This document shows, piece by piece, positions 10,001 through 18,425 of a stretch of 62,604 nucleotides of DNA; the stretch's first letter is position 1; each line of letters begins with the position of its first letter. The translations under genes and the position numbers were made by a program. The notes below the pieces were generated by a model that had not been told where the DNA came from, did no database searches, and worked only from the letters and a program-made list of their open reading frames with translations. The stretch is from Candidatus Collierbacteria bacterium (GTDB taxonomy: Bacteria > Patescibacteriota > Microgenomatia > UBA1400 > MFAQ01), in the NCBI GenBank assembly GCA_903886255.1, contig CAISLM010000073.1, positions 1 through 62,604 of the forward strand. The letters run 5' to 3'.

Positions 10001-10455
10001 AGCAGCCTCTCGGAGGTAAAGCTCAGATGGGTGGACAGCGTTTGGGAGAAATGGAAGTTTGGGCTCTCGAAGCACACAAGGCCGCCTTCACTCTTCAGGA
10101 AATGCTCACCATTAAGTCCGATGATGTCGTTGGCCGTTCCAAAGCTTTCGAATCCATCGTCAAGGGCGAAACCATTCCTATGTCTTCTGTTCCGGAATCC
10201 TTTAAAGTTCTTGTCAAAGAGCTCAACTCTCTCGGCTTGGCCATAGTTCCTACCGGTTCTGTTGAAGTCGTCGAAGAAGAACAAACCGCAATCAAACCGG
10301 AAGTCGCAGCCGTTATTTCCGAAGCTACCGCTATGAGTGATGAACTCAAAGCCGCCACCTTCGAAGATGAAGAAGAATCTGAAGAAACCGAAGAAGAAGT
10401 CTCGGAAGAAACCGCGGAAGCGGGTGTTACCAACGAAGGTGATGAAAACAAGTAA
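7009..10455 (+). CDS. rpoB: RNA polymerase beta subunit
   Basis: GTFIINGVERVVV, GDKVAGRHGNKGV, GGQRLGEMEVWALEA; acidic C-terminal tail. ATG 7009 preferred over TTG 6961. Confidence 0.99.
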   Translation: MNKQINRENWGTINPVLPELNLTQIQIDSYKQFLQDGIRESLTELNPIKDFTGKVFEFEFLNNRIGLPKITPKQAIEKGVTFEAPLWATVKLTNLHSKATQQQEIFLGDIPMMTTTGTFIINGVERVVVDQLVRSPGAYFTREVDPHSGRAIHQAEIRPMRGSWLEVLVSRNDHVSVRIDRHRKVSATTLLRALGFSSNEEILALFAGVDVDKDHQYISTTLLKDTTTDTEEALLEFYQKVRPGEPAVLDNAKALLHQMFFDPRRYNLGLVGRYKMSRKLGLSTPVDKQHVTLTVDDFVGSIKYLIGLQNGHGKIDDIDHLANRRLRCVGELVNQTSFKAGLLRLERSIKEKMSLAKPDELPTPAAFVNPRPIISAITEFFRRNRLSSILDQVNPLSEIDNLRRISVMGPGGITRERASFSMRDIHSSQYSRICPVRSPEGPNIGLVTYLALYTRINDYGFLESPYLKVEKNSKGGKSKMVIGKEIVYLAADDEEDAYITHAGVEREGDELTQKWVPARFQGKYIEVDSDLIQYIDVVPRQVVGTSAALIPFIQQDEGTRALMGTHHLTQALPLVRPEAPIVGTGMENVVAQSMGWSVKSLFNGEVISVDADHISLKLKPEDAKAAASEISPFDYGFVEVNRDIVTYNIRKYHNSSQDTSYNQHPLVDIGDKIKKGDVIINGPSAENGELALGQNLLIAYAAFEGLGYEDAIVVSDHCVSKDLLSSVHIHEHTCDLMDTKLGPEELTRDIPNVAETDLKNLDNEGIIAIGSVVGPNDILIGKIAPKGETELTAEERLLRAIFGEKAREVRDTSLRMPHGEQGVVISVRILNRDEGDELDAGVIKQIKVKIAQLRKITVGDKVAGRHGNKGVISKIVSQADMPHMADGTPVDIIISPLSVLARMNLGQLLEAQLGFAGSKLGKRYSVPVFENVSEAKISEALKEAGLPVSGKIQLFDGRSGEPFEETTAVGVTYIIKLNHMVEDKTHARSIGPYSLVTQQPLGGKAQMGGQRLGEMEVWALEAHKAAFTLQEMLTIKSDDVVGRSKAFESIVKGETIPMSSVPESFKVLVKELNSLGLAIVPTGSVEVVEEEQTAIKPEVAAVISEATAMSDELKAATFEDEEESEETEEEVSEETAEAGVTNEGDENK

Positions 10456-10463
10456 AAAATAAT

Positions 10464-13400
10464 ATGAACAACATTGTCGATTTCTCCGGTTTACAAATAA
10501 GACTAGCCAGTCCGGACGATATTAAAAAATGGTCCCATGGTTTGGTTACCAAGCCGGAAACCATCAACTATCGTACCCAAAAACCGGAAAAGGATGGTCT
10601 TTTCTGTGAAAGAATTTTTGGTCCTGTCAAAGACTGGGAATGTTATTGTGGTAAGTACAAACGTGTCCGCTTCAAAGGTATTGTCTGTGACAAGTGTGGT
10701 GTTGAAGTAACCCTCAGTCGTGTCCGCCGCGAACGTATGGGTCACATTAACCTAGCCGCTCCTGTCGCCCACGTCTGGTTCTTCAAAGGTGCGCCTTCAA
10801 AATTGTCTTTGCTTCTCGATATCTCTCCCAAGGCTCTCACTTCCGTCATCTATTTTTCCAAGTTCCTCATCATGTCTGTCGATGAAGAAAAGAGAGAAGA
10901 AGCCCAAAAGAATATTCAAATTCAAAAAGAAACCAAGCTTGAAGAAGTCCGTTCCAATTTTGACAAACAAATTGAAGACGTCAAGAAAGAAGGTCTCAAA
11001 GAATTGACCGAAGTTAAGAAAAAGGCCAAAGCCAAAGATGAACGCGAGTTAAAGTCCGACGATTTAAAAGTTGAAACCAAACAAAAAATCGCCAGTCTCC
11101 GCGAGCAAATGGTTGTTGAATTAGCTTTTACCGAAGAAATCTACAGCAAGCTTGCCTTGATTATCGAAAAAATTCAGGTAAATTCCCTCCTTTCCGACTC
11201 CGAATATGCCAAACTTGCCGAGTACGATCTCGTTAGTTGGCTCACAGCCGGTATGGGTTCCGAAGCAATCCTCGATGCATTGAAGAAAGTTAACCTCGAA
11301 GAAATGGCCGTCAAACTTAAGGAAGAATCTCTCAGCAACTCCGAAGCCAAACGTATTCGTGCCACCAAACGTCTTCAGGTTGTTAGAGGTCTCATGGACT
11401 CCAAAGTTAAACCGGAATGGATGGTTCTTGAAGTTCTCCCCGTTATCCCTCCAGACCTTCGTCCCATGGTTCAGCTTTCGGGTGGCCGTTTTGCCGCCTC
11501 AGATCTAAACGATCTTTACCGCCGTGTAATAAACCGCAACAATCGTTTGAAACACTTAATCGATCTCGGTGCTCCTGAGATCATTTTGAGAAACGAAAAA
11601 CGTATGCTCCAGGAAGCCGTTGACTCTCTCATCGACTCCTCTCAGGCTCGTTCCACCCGTAGATCCAGAACCGGAAAAACCCTCAAGTCCCTTTCCGACA
11701 TGCTTCGTGGCAAACAAGGTCGTTTCCGCCAGAACCTTCTCGGCAAACGTGTTGACTACTCCGGTCGTTCCGTTATTATCGTTGGTCCGGAATTGAAACT
11801 TAACCAGTGTGGTCTCCCCAAAGACATGGCCCTCGAAATGTTCAAACCTTTCGTTCTCCACGAGATCATCAAACAGGATTTGGCTCCAAACGTTAAAGCC
11901 GCCAAGGCTCTTATCGAAAAACGCCAGCCTGAAGTCTTTGATATTTTGGAAAGAATCACCAAGCACCACCCCATTCTCTTAAACCGTGCACCCACGCTTC
12001 ACAAACTTTCCATCTTAGCTTTCATGCCTGTTCTTGTTGACGGCTCTGCCATAAGACTTCACCCCGTTGTCTGTGAAGGTTTCAATGCAGACTTCGATGG
12101 AGACCAAATGGCCGTTCACGTTCCTTTGACCAAAAAAGCTATCCGCGAAGCTAAGAAGTTCATGTTGCCCCAGTCCAATCTTCTTAAACCTTCTTCAGGA
12201 CAAAGTGTCAATATTCCTTCTCGTAAAGAAATGGCTGTCGGTGTTTATTATCTAACTTCCATTGATGAAACTTTGACTCCTTACAAATATCCTTTCGGAA
12301 GTCAAACCGAGGCCATCACCGCCTACCAAAATAAAGTCATCGAAGCTCGCCAGCCCATTGATGTTCGTTTGAATCCTGAAAAGATGGAAATGACCAACAC
12401 CACTGTCGGCCGCATTATCTTTAGTCAGATTTTGCCAAAAGCGTGGGAATTCCAGAACAAGAGTTTCACCGGAAAAGAGATTTCCGCTTTCTTTACCCGT
12501 GCTATCAAAACCTGCACCACAAAACGTGTTGTCAGATTGATCGATGCTGTTAAAAATATTGGTTTCGAATACGCCACCATTAGTAGTTTTAGTTTCGCTA
12601 TCTCCGATAACGAAGTCTATCCTCAAAAAGCTGAACTAATTGCCATTGGTAACAAAAAAGCCGAAGAGATAGAAGAAAACTACAAACTCGGTCTAATCAC
12701 TAACAGTGAAAGAAGCAAACTAACTATCAGTATGTGGCGTGAAACCGCTGCCGACCTTGCCGAAAAAACTTGGGCCACCTTCTCCAAGACCAATCCAATT
12801 CGCCTTGTTATTGATTCCGCTTCAGGACGTGTCACCAAGAACTCCATCGAACAGCTTTCGGCCATGCGTGGACTTATCGCCGATCCTCTAGGAAATCTCA
12901 TTGAACTTCCTATCAAAGGCAACTTCCGTGAAGGTCTCAGTATTTTTGAATACGTCACCTCCATTAGAGGCAGTCGCAAGGGTCTAACCGATACTGCTCT
13001 TCGTACCGCTGACGCAGGTTATCTAACCCGCCGTTTGGTCGATGTCAGTCACGATGCTATTATCCGCGCCGAAGATTGTGGTACTGATGAATTCATCACC
13101 ATAACTGCTGAAGAAAGACCGAAGATTTTCGCCAAACGTATTGTTCACCGCTTCGTCGTCAAGAAAGTTGTCTCCCCGGATACGAAGAAAGTTATTCTTG
13201 ATGCAGGAGAATTAATTACCGAAGAGAAAGCCGCTGAAATAGAAGCTGCCGGAGTCAAAGAAGTCGAAGTTAGATCTCCCATCACCTGTAAACTCCGTTT
13301 CGGTCTTTGTGCCAAGTGCTACGGACACAACACAGCTACAAACACCCTCGCCATCATCGGTGATCCGGTCGGCGTCATTGCTGCTCAATCCATCGGTGAG

Positions 13401-14171
13401 CCTGGTACTCAGCTAACCATGCGTACCAAACACTCTGGTGGTGCAGCCGGCGTTGATGTTACTCAGGGTCTTCCCCGTGTCACTGAGCTCTTGGAAGTTC
13501 GTACTCCCAAGCTCGTCGCTCCCATTGCCGAAATCTCCGGTAAGGTCAAAGTTGTCGAAACTGACAATGGTAACCTTGTTACTGTTACCCCAACCGGCAA
13601 GACCAAAGAAGATCGTAAAGAGTATTTGATTCCTCTCGCCATGTCCTTAAAAGTTGCCGATGGAGACCTCATCTCTGTTGGTACCCAATTGGCCGCTGGT
13701 GGTGTCGATATCAAACAACTATTAAAGATCAGAGGTCTCAGAGCCACACAGAACTACCTTATTGCCGAAATCCAGTCAATCTACGAGTCCCAGGGCATCA
13801 GTATTCACGACAAACACTTCGAAGTTATCCTCCGCAAGATGTGTGACTACGTCCGCGTCGACTCAACTGGTGACACTGCTTTAGTTGCCGGAGATGTTAT
13901 CAGTCGTGGTGCTTACGAAATGGCCAATGAAGCCATCATTGCTCAAGGTGGAGAACCTGCAACCGCCACAAACTTGATCCTTGGTGCAATAAGAGCTGCT
14001 CTTCACACCGACTCCTGGCTTTCTGCCGCTTCCTTTCAAGACACGACGAGCGTCCTGACCGACGCTGCTGTCGAAGGTAAAATTGATCACTTGATCGGTA
14101 TGAAGGAAAACGTTATTATTGGCCGATTAGTTCCAACTAGTAAGTTGAGAGCACGAATTGAAAATATCTGA
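10464..14171 (+). CDS. rpoC: RNA polymerase beta' subunit
   Basis: N-terminal Zn finger, GKRVDYSGRSVI, catalytic NADFDGDQM, bridge helix GYLTRRLVDV. Confidence 0.99.
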   Translation: MNNIVDFSGLQIRLASPDDIKKWSHGLVTKPETINYRTQKPEKDGLFCERIFGPVKDWECYCGKYKRVRFKGIVCDKCGVEVTLSRVRRERMGHINLAAPVAHVWFFKGAPSKLSLLLDISPKALTSVIYFSKFLIMSVDEEKREEAQKNIQIQKETKLEEVRSNFDKQIEDVKKEGLKELTEVKKKAKAKDERELKSDDLKVETKQKIASLREQMVVELAFTEEIYSKLALIIEKIQVNSLLSDSEYAKLAEYDLVSWLTAGMGSEAILDALKKVNLEEMAVKLKEESLSNSEAKRIRATKRLQVVRGLMDSKVKPEWMVLEVLPVIPPDLRPMVQLSGGRFAASDLNDLYRRVINRNNRLKHLIDLGAPEIILRNEKRMLQEAVDSLIDSSQARSTRRSRTGKTLKSLSDMLRGKQGRFRQNLLGKRVDYSGRSVIIVGPELKLNQCGLPKDMALEMFKPFVLHEIIKQDLAPNVKAAKALIEKRQPEVFDILERITKHHPILLNRAPTLHKLSILAFMPVLVDGSAIRLHPVVCEGFNADFDGDQMAVHVPLTKKAIREAKKFMLPQSNLLKPSSGQSVNIPSRKEMAVGVYYLTSIDETLTPYKYPFGSQTEAITAYQNKVIEARQPIDVRLNPEKMEMTNTTVGRIIFSQILPKAWEFQNKSFTGKEISAFFTRAIKTCTTKRVVRLIDAVKNIGFEYATISSFSFAISDNEVYPQKAELIAIGNKKAEEIEENYKLGLITNSERSKLTISMWRETAADLAEKTWATFSKTNPIRLVIDSASGRVTKNSIEQLSAMRGLIADPLGNLIELPIKGNFREGLSIFEYVTSIRGSRKGLTDTALRTADAGYLTRRLVDVSHDAIIRAEDCGTDEFITITAEERPKIFAKRIVHRFVVKKVVSPDTKKVILDAGELITEEKAAEIEAAGVKEVEVRSPITCKLRFGLCAKCYGHNTATNTLAIIGDPVGVIAAQSIGEPGTQLTMRTKHSGGAAGVDVTQGLPRVTELLEVRTPKLVAPIAEISGKVKVVETDNGNLVTVTPTGKTKEDRKEYLIPLAMSLKVADGDLISVGTQLAAGGVDIKQLLKIRGLRATQNYLIAEIQSIYESQGISIHDKHFEVILRKMCDYVRVDSTGDTALVAGDVISRGAYEMANEAIIAQGGEPATATNLILGAIRAALHTDSWLSAASFQDTTSVLTDAAVEGKIDHLIGMKENVIIGRLVPTSKLRARIENI

Positions 14172-14190
14172 TAAAATACACACCTGAACT

Positions 14191-14610
14191 ATGCCTACAA
14201 CTAATCAACTAATCAAGAAGGGCCGCATCAGTGCTGTCCGAAAAATCAAAACTACGGCTCTTCGTAAGAGTTTCAACTCTATCAAGCGTCGTATGATCGC
14301 CACCATGTCCCCTCAAAAGGCCGGTGTCTGTCTTCAGGTCAAAACGATGACCCCCAAGAAGCCTAACTCCGCTCTTCGCAAGATTGCCCGTGTCAGACTT
14401 TCAAACAAACAAGAAGTCACTGCCTACATCATGGGTGAAGGACACAATCTCGCCGAACACAGCATCGTTTTGATTCGTGGTGGTCGCGTTCGTGATCTTC
14501 CTGGTGTCAAATACCACATTATTAGAGGTAAATTAGACACTGGTGGTATTGAGAAGCGCCGCACCAGTCGTAGTAAATATGGTACCAAGCGTCCATCACC
14601 AGCTAAATAA
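14191..14610 (+). CDS. rpsL: 30S ribosomal protein S12
   Basis: [28 protein letters not shown]. Confidence 0.99.
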   Translation: MPTTNQLIKKGRISAVRKIKTTALRKSFNSIKRRMIATMSPQKAGVCLQVKTMTPKKPNSALRKIARVRLSNKQEVTAYIMGEGHNLAEHSIVLIRGGRVRDLPGVKYHIIRGKLDTGGIEKRRTSRSKYGTKRPSPAK

Positions 14611-14615
14611 ATAAT

Positions 14616-15092
14616 ATGAGATCAAAGAAAACCCCCGCCAAAAAAATCCAATTCGATCCAATTTTCGGAAACCAGTTGGTTGCCAAAATAATCAATGGCT
14701 GCATGCTCGAAGGTAAGAAATCCGTCGCTGCCAAACAGATCTATCGTGCTATTGAAATAATCGCTGAACAATCCGGTAAAGATGGAGTCGTATTTTTGAC
14801 CGAAGCCATCGAAAACGTTAAGCCAACCATCGAAGTCCGTTCCCGCCGTGTTGGTGGAGCTTCATACCAGGTTCCTACCCCTATCCGTCCCGAACGCCGT
14901 GACTCTCTCGCTGTTCGTTGGGTATTAAATGCCGCTAAGGCCAGATCCAATAACCCAACCAGAACTTTAGCCGATAAATTCGCTGCTGAAATTATTGAAG
15001 CTCACGAAAACACCGGTGCCGCCATCAAGAAAAAATTGGACGTCCACAAAATGGCCGAGGCCAACAAGGCCTTTGCCCACTTCCGCTGGTAA
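14616..15092 (+). CDS. rpsG: 30S ribosomal protein S7
   Basis: EVRSRRVGGASYQVP, MAEANKAFAHFRW. Confidence 0.99.
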   Translation: MRSKKTPAKKIQFDPIFGNQLVAKIINGCMLEGKKSVAAKQIYRAIEIIAEQSGKDGVVFLTEAIENVKPTIEVRSRRVGGASYQVPTPIRPERRDSLAVRWVLNAAKARSNNPTRTLADKFAAEIIEAHENTGAAIKKKLDVHKMAEANKAFAHFRW

Positions 15093-15111
15093 ATTGAATT
15101 TACTAATTCTC

Positions 15112-15139
15112 AAAAAGCCCCGCCATGGCGGGGCTTTTT
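15112..15139 (+). terminator. Intrinsic (bidirectional-type) terminator after rpsG
   Basis: AAAAAGCCCCGCC-at-GGCGGGGCTTTTT. Confidence 0.88.
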
Positions 15140-15146
15140 GTATCAA

Positions 15147-15175
15147 TTGCTTTCCTAAAAGGCTCATAGTATAAT
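15147..15175 (+). promoter_or_regulatory. Promoter of gene 15222
   Basis: TTGCTT-17 nt-TATAAT; SD GAGGAGG at 15211-15217. Confidence 0.65.
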
Positions 15176-15221
15176 ATCCCATAATTGTTCTAGCCCTTTT
15201 CCAAACAAATGAGGAGGTCAA

Positions 15222-15788
15222 ATGGGAGTCTTTCAAGGTCACCAAATTGTCTCCCTTTTGGGGGAATTAATTTACGCTTTTTGGGTAATTCCTCTTTTTA
15301 TTCTTATCAAACATAAACTCATGCCCAAAATTGGTCACGGAATGAGGATCTGGGATTATTTTGCTAGTTATGCCGGTCTTCTTTTCATTCCCAATTCTGC
15401 CTATGCAATGCTGGAGATTCGTCATCTGTTACTCATTGACGGCGTTGCCGATAATCCCAACATCTGGTCATTTATTGTCTTCGGCGGAATCGCTTTAATC
15501 GGCCTTCTGACTACACTTTATGGTATTAGGCTGATCGTTGATTATTATTCAAAATCAAAGGGAGAAAGACTGATTTACAACGCATTCTTATCACTGTCTT
15601 GTGGCTTTGGTGCCGTCGCCGGATTGTTAAACTTTGTCAGCCTGCCGGTCATCATTTTTCCGCCCGCCCTCATCAGTGTCGCAATCGGCTTCCGGAATCA
15701 CCCATCATTAATCTCCCTGGCCGCATTCATCACCATCTTTTTGTTCATTGCATTTCTGTGCTCAGACATTCTTATAAAGCCTTCCTGA
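15222..15788 (+). CDS. DUF1361-like integral membrane protein
   Basis: About 5 hydrophobic segments; LLFIPNSAYAMLEIRHL resembles the DUF1361 motif LFFPNAPY..TD..HL. Confidence 0.6.
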   Translation: MGVFQGHQIVSLLGELIYAFWVIPLFILIKHKLMPKIGHGMRIWDYFASYAGLLFIPNSAYAMLEIRHLLLIDGVADNPNIWSFIVFGGIALIGLLTTLYGIRLIVDYYSKSKGERLIYNAFLSLSCGFGAVAGLLNFVSLPVIIFPPALISVAIGFRNHPSLISLAAFITIFLFIAFLCSDILIKPS

Positions 15789-15829
15789 TATAATTCACGG
15801 CATCTTGCACCTTAAGGAGGAATAAAAAT

Positions 15830-16036
15830 ATGGCAACCTGTCCATTGATAAAAAGCGCTATTCTAAATGCGATTATTTCGCATCAAGGAGTTCTTACCGC
15901 CAAAGTTTCCATTGAAAATCTCACTGTTCCTATTGATGCTTTGAGCGCCTGTACCAAAACAGCCTGCGCCTTTTGGAATCACGAACAAAATGCTTGTGGT
16001 CAATCAGTTCATCCGATCCCGAACCAAGAAGTCTAA
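15830..16036 (+). CDS. Small Cys-rich hypothetical protein, 68 aa
   Basis: Extended -10 TGATATAAT at 15786-15794; SD AAGGAGG at 15814-15820; CPL...CTKTACAFW...CG. Confidence 0.7.
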   Translation: MATCPLIKSAILNAIISHQGVLTAKVSIENLTVPIDALSACTKTACAFWNHEQNACGQSVHPIPNQEV

Positions 16037-16045
16037 AGGAGAAAA

Positions 16046-16201
16046 ATGCAAACAGATCCAAAACAAAAGCCACCCGAGTCCGATACGGCAGAACAACCCC
16101 AAGAAAGTGATGTTTCGCCATCTGCCGGAATGACCCCGGCCCAAAAAGCCATTTTCTATCCCGGTCCGGACATGCCCAACCCTCCCTCTGAACCTGAATA
16201 A
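16046..16201 (+). CDS. Small Pro-rich acidic protein, 51 aa (below the ORF-track cutoff)
   Basis: SD AAAGGAG 9 nt after the upstream stop; MQTDPKQKPPESDTAEQPQESDVSPSAGMTPAQKAIFYPGPDMPNPPSEPE*; terminator follows directly. Confidence 0.55.
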   Translation: MQTDPKQKPPESDTAEQPQESDVSPSAGMTPAQKAIFYPGPDMPNPPSEPE

Positions 16202-16208
16202 TCATCAC

Positions 16209-16235
16209 GAGCTCCGCCACGGCGGGGCTCTTTTT
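16209..16235 (+). terminator. Intrinsic terminator, near-copy of the rpsG terminator
   Basis: GAGCTCCGCC-ac-GGCGGGGCTC-TTTTT. Confidence 0.85.
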
Positions 16236-16298
16236 ATGTTATCCTTACCCGGCATGGGTGAACCTAAGATTCTAGTCAAAATAATCAAAAAACAAAAA

Positions 16299-18377
16299 AT
16301 GTCAGTTAAACCGGAAAAAATATCGCCATCTGATCGTTCACCCGAAGAAACTCTTGATGCCGTAAATCATATTCCTGTAGCCAGATTAAGAGACCAAATC
16401 CGCCGCGAAATTAGGCAACATCCCAATTTTGTTCTCATTGGAGAAACCGGTTCCGGAAAAACCACTTGCTTGCCCCCACTCCTTCTCGAGCTCAGAGACG
16501 AATTGAAATTAAAAGGTGGTATTGCCGTCACTCAACCCAGACGAGTTGCAACCAGAAGTGTTACTGCCCGGGTCGCCGACATGATGGGTTGCACTGTAGG
16601 GGAAAGAGTCGGTTACAATATTCGTTTTGAAAATGTCACTCAACCTCATACTGATATTACTTTTATGACTGACGGAATTCTTCTCAGGAAAATTCAATTC
16701 GATCCCTTGCTCATGGAATACTCCATTGTCATGATCGATGAGGCTCACGAAAGAACCCTCAATATCGATCTTTGCCTTGGCCTTCTCAAAGACGTCAACG
16801 AACGTCGGCTTGATGCAGGAATAGAGCCGGTCCGCATTGTTGTCACCTCAGCCACCATAGAAAGAAATAAATTTTCTCAATATATTGGTTTCGATAATAC
16901 TAACAACTCCTTGGAAATTCCTGGGAAAATGTTTCCCGTCGAGGTTTTTTACGAGTCGGAAACTGCGGGCGATTATGATTTCACCAAAGGCGCTGCCGAA
17001 AAAGTTGGTCAGATTGTTAGCAATCACGTCGAAGGTGACATCCTTGTTTTTATGCCCGGGAAAAAAGAAATTTGTGACACCATTGAAAAAATTAAGGCCA
17101 CTATCGGTGAAAGTACTGCCGAAATTATTCCTCTTCATGCAGAGCTTGGTCCCGAAGATCAGGACAAAATATTTTTAACTTCTAAAAAAAGAAAAATAAT
17201 TGTTGCCACCAATGTCGCTGAAACTTCAGTCACAATCGACGGAATTATTCACGTTATCGACTCCGGTGTCATCAAACAAACCCAATTTAATTCAACGACA
17301 GGCATAGAGCAGCTTGTTCTTGCCCATCATGCCATCAGTGGACTGGATCAGCGCAAAGGCCGTGCCGGTCGTACTGCCCCCGGATACTGCTATCGCTTAT
17401 TTACTGAAGAAAGTCTTCGCAATCGTCCCCAGTATCAAACTCCAGAAATCCAACGTTCCAATCTTGCCCAGCTAGTTTTGGCCATGAAAAAAGTTGGTAT
17501 CCACAACGCCGCCGATTTTGACTTCATAGATCGCCCCGATAGGAACGCCGTTGCTCAAGCCGAAGAAACTCTTCATCTTCTTGGAGCTCTGGACGACGAT
17601 GGAGAGCTGACCGATATTGGTGAGCTGATGGTGCAGCTGGGTTTGGAACCACGGCTTGGCCGCATGGTCATCGAAGCGATGAATCCAAACTTAAACTGTC
17701 TTAATGAAATCTGTGTCATTGCCTCTTTCTTGGATGGAAAAACTATTTTCATAAGACCAACAGACCTGGACGAACAAAGAGATGCTGATCGTCTTCATGA
17801 TCAATTTAAAACCGACAAAGATTCAGATTTTGTTGTTATTCTCAATGTTTGGAAAGCCTATGTCCAAAGCGGTTACGACAGCGAATGGGCAAAGAAAAAC
17901 TATTTAAACGAAAAATCTCTGGAAGAAGCCAAAAATGTCCGTCTCGAACTTCTCGACGTTCTTGCCGAGCAGGGGATTTCTATTGATGAAAACACCCGAG
18001 TTAGAATCAACAAAGACGCCATTGGCAAAGCTGTTACTGCCGGTCTCATTGGAAACTTAATGAGAGTTTCCCGCGGTTACTCTCTTTCTAAAGTCGACGG
18101 CACCAAAAACGACATCAACATTCATCCCGGTTCTGTCTTTTTCAACCGGTCTTTCCATGATGGGGCGTATTTAGTTTCCGACGAAATTTTTACCAACCCT
18201 CAAGGTAAAACTTATGCCTGTAATTGTTTGGAAGTCAAACGCGAATGGCTCCAAGCTATCGCCCCTGAACTTTTACGAAATTCTTCAAACCACAATCACT
18301 ACCATAAAGGACAATCTCACGACAGTCATGGCCGCCATACTGCCCACAGTGTCTTCGATCGCCGCTCACGGAGGTGA
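16299..18377 (+). CDS. DEAH/RHA-family ATP-dependent RNA helicase (HrpA/Prp43-like)
   Basis: GETGSGKTT, TQPRRVA, IDEAHER, SAT, ATNVAETSVTIDGI, QRKGRAGR, HA2 region LGLEPRLGRM, OB-like C-terminus. ATG 16299 preferred. Confidence 0.93.
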   Translation: MSVKPEKISPSDRSPEETLDAVNHIPVARLRDQIRREIRQHPNFVLIGETGSGKTTCLPPLLLELRDELKLKGGIAVTQPRRVATRSVTARVADMMGCTVGERVGYNIRFENVTQPHTDITFMTDGILLRKIQFDPLLMEYSIVMIDEAHERTLNIDLCLGLLKDVNERRLDAGIEPVRIVVTSATIERNKFSQYIGFDNTNNSLEIPGKMFPVEVFYESETAGDYDFTKGAAEKVGQIVSNHVEGDILVFMPGKKEICDTIEKIKATIGESTAEIIPLHAELGPEDQDKIFLTSKKRKIIVATNVAETSVTIDGIIHVIDSGVIKQTQFNSTTGIEQLVLAHHAISGLDQRKGRAGRTAPGYCYRLFTEESLRNRPQYQTPEIQRSNLAQLVLAMKKVGIHNAADFDFIDRPDRNAVAQAEETLHLLGALDDDGELTDIGELMVQLGLEPRLGRMVIEAMNPNLNCLNEICVIASFLDGKTIFIRPTDLDEQRDADRLHDQFKTDKDSDFVVILNVWKAYVQSGYDSEWAKKNYLNEKSLEEAKNVRLELLDVLAEQGISIDENTRVRINKDAIGKAVTAGLIGNLMRVSRGYSLSKVDGTKNDINIHPGSVFFNRSFHDGAYLVSDEIFTNPQGKTYACNCLEVKREWLQAIAPELLRNSSNHNHYHKGQSHDSHGRHTAHSVFDRRSRR

Positions 18378-18425
18378 TATATTTATGAGTAGAAATATTC
18401 GACAGTAACTACGTATAATTCCTTT

